Part shown: piece after piece, positions 61,101 to 64,000 of the stretch
How the letters are laid out: the number at the start of each line of letters is the position of its first letter
Position numbering within the stretch: the first letter of the stretch is position 1
NCBI RefSeq assembly: GCF_021028975.2
Contig: NC_059436.1
Coordinates: forward strand, 25,668,001 to 25,732,000
DNA: 64,000 bases
Source: Sphaerodactylus townsendi
Lineage: Eukaryota
Direction of reading: 5' to 3'
The notes under the pieces: generated by a model
The model's input: only the letters and a program-made list of their open reading frames with translations
Database searches by the model: none
Told to the model about the DNA's origin: nothing
Program-made: the position numbers and the translations under genes

Positions 61101-63849
61101 GGGAAAGACCATTTCTTCCCATCAACCTGCCGCCAGATCTATCCCTTTCGTTCTAGACCTCATACCTGTGCCTTTGGCTGATCCACCTGCTTGAGCGACT
61201 TGCTCTTCTCGATCTTGTACAGCTGGGCTTTTGCTTTCTTGAGGAGGCTGGCCACCCTCTTGTCAGTCATGGGCAGCTTGTCTGCATGAGCCAACATAGA
61301 GCTGATTGAGGAAGCTGCAGGCAGCCTCAGAGCATCCTCCTTTTCCACCAAAGGGGCGGAAGGGCCGAGGTCTGGGCTGGCCTTCTCCAAGCCTCCCCGA
61401 CCCCTCTTGGCCATCTTGGTCTTGATGGCTGTTGCTGAATCCATCAGAACCACGGCAGGCACACCAGCCACGGGCTCAGCAGCTGCGGATTTCTTCCGCC
61501 CCGCAGCTTTTTTGACAGAGGAGGAAATGGTGGGGTCTTCATGGACGACCACCCTCCCTTTTGAAACACGAGCCGCGGGGAACAACGCAGAGCTGCTCTG
61601 AATGTCAGGGGCCTTCTTTCGCCTCTCTTTCCGGGACTCCCGCTTGTTTTCTTTCTCCCGCTCTCGGTCTCTCTCTCGGCCCTTCTCCTTCTCAACACTC
61701 CGGCCGCTGTCTTTGGACGGCTCCTCAGAGGTGTTGTCTCTGTTCTTGCCCCTCTCGGTCTGAGAACTCGGGGTGAACCACGGGAAGAGGGGAGCAGGGC
61801 TGCTGGGGGAGAAAGGCTCTACCAGCGGGACTCCTGCCTGCTTTCTGGGCCTCTGGCTTTTCTCTGCTGACTCTCCAGGCTGGGAAAGGGAATGGGCAGG
61901 GAAAGTGAAGCTGGCATTTAAGGCACTGGTGGTCAAGGACCCCACGGAAATGCTGGCAAGCGAAGAAGAGCCTGACGACTGGGGCGGGAGAGAAGGGAGC
62001 TCTGAGCTGCTCAGCCGCCCGCTCCTTGTTCTCATGGAGTGTGAGGGAGATCTGGGCTCTGATCGAATCGGGCTGAACACTCTCCTCTTTCGTTTCCTCA
62101 AAGTGACGGATGCAGCAGCGCCTCCTCCAGCAGCTCGACTCACAGAGGAAGGCAAGGTGACGGATTCAAAGATGCGGGAGTGGGCCTCGCTCGGAGTGAA
62201 TCTCGGCGCTCGCAGCAGAGGGCTCCTCTTGTGCACATCAAACCTGGTCCCAGAGTGCAGAGGGGAAAATAAGCGTGTCGGAGCCGGGGCGCCAGCAGCT
62301 GAGAAACTAGAAGCAAAACCAACATCCTCAGGGGTCAGTGGGGGAGGCCGGAAGTTATCAAATATGGGTTTGCGGATAAGTCCTTCTTTGGCATATTTTG
62401 CTGAGGAAAAGTACTGAGGTTCAGACCTGGAGTGCTTCAGAGAGGTCCACCGGAACGTTGGCTCTCGCAGAATGGACTTCCGCTTCTCCTGCATGGGTGC
62501 AGCAGAAGAGGGTAAGAAGGGTGAAGCCAAAGGGATTGTGGGGGGCATGAGCCAAGGGGCGTGCTCAGAGATGCTGGCAGCTGGTTGAAGGGGCGGGGGT
62601 GGGGTCAGGAGGGGCGGGGGTGGAGAGGCAGAGGAGGACTGCTGCTGGGAGACACTCTGGAGGCTGGGCAGCTTTTTGGCTATCTTGGGTCCAAAACTGC
62701 GCTCTGCCACAGAAAACCTCCTCCTCCTCCTCCGCCTCCTCCTCCTCCGCCTCCTCCTCCTCCGCTCACCACTCTCATTCTCAGGGGATGGGGAGTCAGG
62801 CAGGGAAGAGGGAACTACCTCCGGAGTGTTGCTGCATTCTTCAGACAGTCCTTGCACCTCTTCTGAGGCCTGTGTATCAGTGGACGTGTCAACGCTGGGG
62901 CTGCTGGACCGGGAGGAATCCGACGATGCCTGTGAGGAGTGACGGGAGGCCCCGCTGGACTTCTCACTGGATTCACAGGAGGTGGCACTGAACCGGGTGT
63001 TCGGTGTCGACTCCAAGCGGGCGATTTTGACGGGTGGGTCGTAGTCCTCATCTTCAATGAAGCGCTTGGGAGTTTTAATGATTCGGGAAGAGATGGCGCT
63101 CACCACTGGCATGATGAACTGGCGGATATTTTTGAGCTGAGTTCTTGCCTTGCGTCCCTGCAGCTTTGCTGCTTCTTTCTCAATCTTTTTCTGGGCCCCC
63201 TTTTTTGCCTTCTGCAAGAGTTGCTTAGCAATGGTGGCGTCTGTTCTCTTGGAGGAAGGGATGATCCTCACGGGCTTGATCCTGCGAGGGCTCTGCCGGA
63301 CTGCAGGCTTTTCTTCTTTGGGAAGCAGCGACACGCCGTCTTTCTCCTTTCTGATCCGCTGGGCTCTGTCCAGCTGAGAACTCTCCGCTGTAGCCAGAGC
63401 AGCATTCAAGCGATCGGAAGATGGTGGCCGGCCTCTCCGACGCACCAGCTGTACACTTTTTCTTCCAAGGTGGAGCTTGCCAGATTTGAATTTAGACTTC
63501 AGCGGAGAGAGCTTGCCTGCTCGCAGCTTCTTGATTTTTGTTGCATGCTGAAAGGCCGTAGACGGTGCCCGCTTCACTTTCTTTAGATTCTCCTTTTCCT
63601 CCTTGCCCCTCTTTTGAGCATCTGCTGTGCCCTTCATGTGTCTGATTTTGAACTTCATGCTGCCAAGGGCAGGAGGCCTCCCTCGTCGTTTTTCTTCACT
63701 TTTCAGTTCGTTCTTCTGTACTTTTTCTGTGGGTGTGAGTTCTGGTCTGTTTGAAGGGGAATAAGTTGTGGAGGACTCGGAGAGCATGGTTGAACTTCGG
63801 TCCAAGCTGTTTCTGGGTCTCCCACGTGGCTTCCTTGTATTAGACTTGG
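27293..63849 (-). CDS. KMT2A: Histone-lysine N-methyltransferase 2A (MLL1), exons 3-36; 5' end lies outside the window
   Basis: Exons (-): 61166-63849, 60001-60178, 59493-59727, 58659-58723, 58134-58502, 54277-54350, 53318-53446, 52848-52961, 49778-49924, 49522-49617, 48506-48626, 48153-48266, 47395-47579, 46106-46279, 45633-45743, 45307-45380, 44840-45033, 44397-44503, 44039-44176, 43101-43259, 42871-42988, 42689-42767, 42334-42494, 38483-38635, 32257-36385, [exon 28 unresolved, about 31635-31947], 30920-30987, 29807-30001, 29498-29572, 28967-29141, 28675-28782, 28377-28460, 28026-28155, 27293-27568. Total 11219 nt with continuous frame. AT-hooks, CXXC, PHD1-3, bromo, ePHD, FYRN, taspase sites, TAD, FYRC, Win, SET and post-SET are all recognisable. 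Confidence 0.98.
30655..30790 (-). mobile_element. L2-type LINE reverse-transcriptase fragment in KMT2A intron 29
   Basis: Minus translation [14 protein letters not shown]...[10 protein letters not shown] (RT motifs PQG and YADD). Confidence 0.8.
31694..31942. repeat. 101-bp near-perfect inverted repeat with 47-bp spacer (foldback/MITE-like)
   Basis: Arms 31694-31794 and 31842-31942 are reverse complements with 3 mismatches. Both ends carry ACGT. Confidence 0.95.
32257..36385 (-). CDS. KMT2A: KMT2A exon 27 (4129 nt): both Taspase-1 cleavage sites and the transactivation domain
   Basis: 1372-aa open frame containing QVD/GADD (34959-34979), QLD/GVDD (34806-34826) and the CBP-KIX-binding [11 protein letters not shown]. 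Confidence 0.97.
36700..36785 (-). mobile_element. tRNA-derived SINE head
   Basis: Reverse complement gggcagtggctccgtggtaaaacacctgtttgcaagcagaggaagcctgcttcaatcccc shows A-box and B-box-like motifs. A related copy lies near 53890. Confidence 0.5.
39100..39401 (+). mobile_element. Probable solo-LTR fragment
   Basis: TATATA (about 39274), AATAAA (39341-39346) and a terminal ...cccttACA at 39401. The 5' end is not defined. Confidence 0.35.
39402..41691 (+). mobile_element. Highly degraded L2-like LINE in KMT2A intron 25
   Basis: T-rich 3' UTR and a ...gctgctctgagcccttgtggaaagagcgg...(AAAC)n tail at about 41620-41691, typical of squamate L2 3' ends. Upstream coding remnants are badly frameshifted. 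Confidence 0.45.
46373..46710 (+). mobile_element. 5'-truncated non-LTR retrotransposon 3' end (RTE-X/L1-Tx1-like)
   Basis: ORF with a CCHC-type [14 protein letters not shown], then a T-rich UTR and aataaagg. TSD-like flanks tgcattaatgcatc (46359-46372) and tgtattaatgcgtc (46711-46724). Confidence 0.6.
47950..48062 (+). mobile_element. Degenerate squamate SINE fragment
   Basis: tcaaatcc..cagccatg..gctc..ggaccagt..agcctaacctacccacagagctattgtgagga resembles MIR/Squam-type SINE bodies (recalled). Confidence 0.45.
53885..54050 (+). mobile_element. tRNA-derived SINE
   Basis: gggccaaggctcaatggcggaatatctgctcagcacacagaaggcccctgttcaatccctggcatctc shows A/B-box spacing. Confidence 0.5.
54550..56838 (-). 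mobile_element. 5'-truncated CR1 LINE (about 2.3 kb) in KMT2A intron 7
   Basis: Antisense 3' tail cataagaacattagaac at 54550. Intact 234-aa RT C-terminus 54795-55499 ([40 protein letters not shown]). [13 protein letters not shown] at about 55620-55655. PPWLTKEV region 56551-56838. Confidence 0.92.
59493..59727 (-). CDS. KMT2A: KMT2A exon 5: CXXC zinc finger
   Basis: [43 protein letters not shown]. Confidence 0.97.
60780..60990 (+). mobile_element. 5S rRNA-derived SINE (second copy) in KMT2A intron 3
   Basis: ggcagggtccatcttggtaagtatttggatgggagaccacccaggaatgcc (5S C-box region), Sauria-type body and (CA)n tail. Confidence 0.7.
61166..63849 (-). CDS. KMT2A: KMT2A exon 3 (2684 nt): three AT-hooks, SNL regions, poly-Arg tract
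   Basis: [21 protein letters not shown]; [27 protein letters not shown]; acceptor ctttaacctcag at 63850, donor CAG|gtatga at 61165. Confidence 0.97.
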
Positions 63850-64000
63850 CTGAGGTTAAAGGAGGAGAAGAAGGACAAAGGGAAGAGTGAATGTTAAGCG
63901 TTTCTACATCCTGCCACAGGCTCCTTCCAGGAATGCCTAAGTGTCCTGCATTGATAAGTCGCACAACACAGCCCACTGCAAATGAACTACTGTGAGGTAA

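Noticed and set aside
1-64000. CRISPR arrays, tRNA/snoRNA genes or prokaryote-type systems
   Set aside because: This is eukaryotic intron-exon DNA. No repeat-spacer array is present, and the tRNA-like motifs are SINE heads.

Overview
GC-rich vertebrate genomic DNA. The repeat content (CR1, L2, 5S-derived and tRNA-derived SINEs, hAT and Tc2 MITEs) points to a squamate reptile, probably a gecko or other lizard (inference). The window holds a compact copy of the conserved gene block syntenic to human 11q23.3. ARCN1 (-) is complete: 10 coding exons, 511 aa. IFT46 (+) is complete, about 409 aa, and lies head-to-head with ARCN1 across a roughly 285-bp CpG-island promoter. TMEM25 (-, about 319 aa) and TTC36 (-, 197 aa) are complete. 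KMT2A/MLL1 (-) is present from exon 3 to exon 36 plus its 3' UTR; exons 1-2 lie beyond the right edge. I walked the exon boundaries by hand, and they give continuous reading frames. The first ~4.4 kb is a decayed Ty3/Gypsy element next to a Tc2/pogo-like transposon end. The most notable oddities are: (1) a 101-bp near-perfect inverted repeat where KMT2A exon 28 should be; (2) a 199-bp tandem duplication of the ARCN1 exon-2 acceptor plus 54 codons; (3) KMT2A Arg16 and Glu12 tracts, and a natural Leu at the SET-I position equivalent to human Q3867; (4) a fused, apparently intron-less 5' exon of IFT46; (5) an internally shortened first Ig domain in TMEM25. No wholly new gene system is evident. 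Comparisons with human exon sizes and sequences are from memory and need checking. Some segments look like noisy, unpolished assembly.
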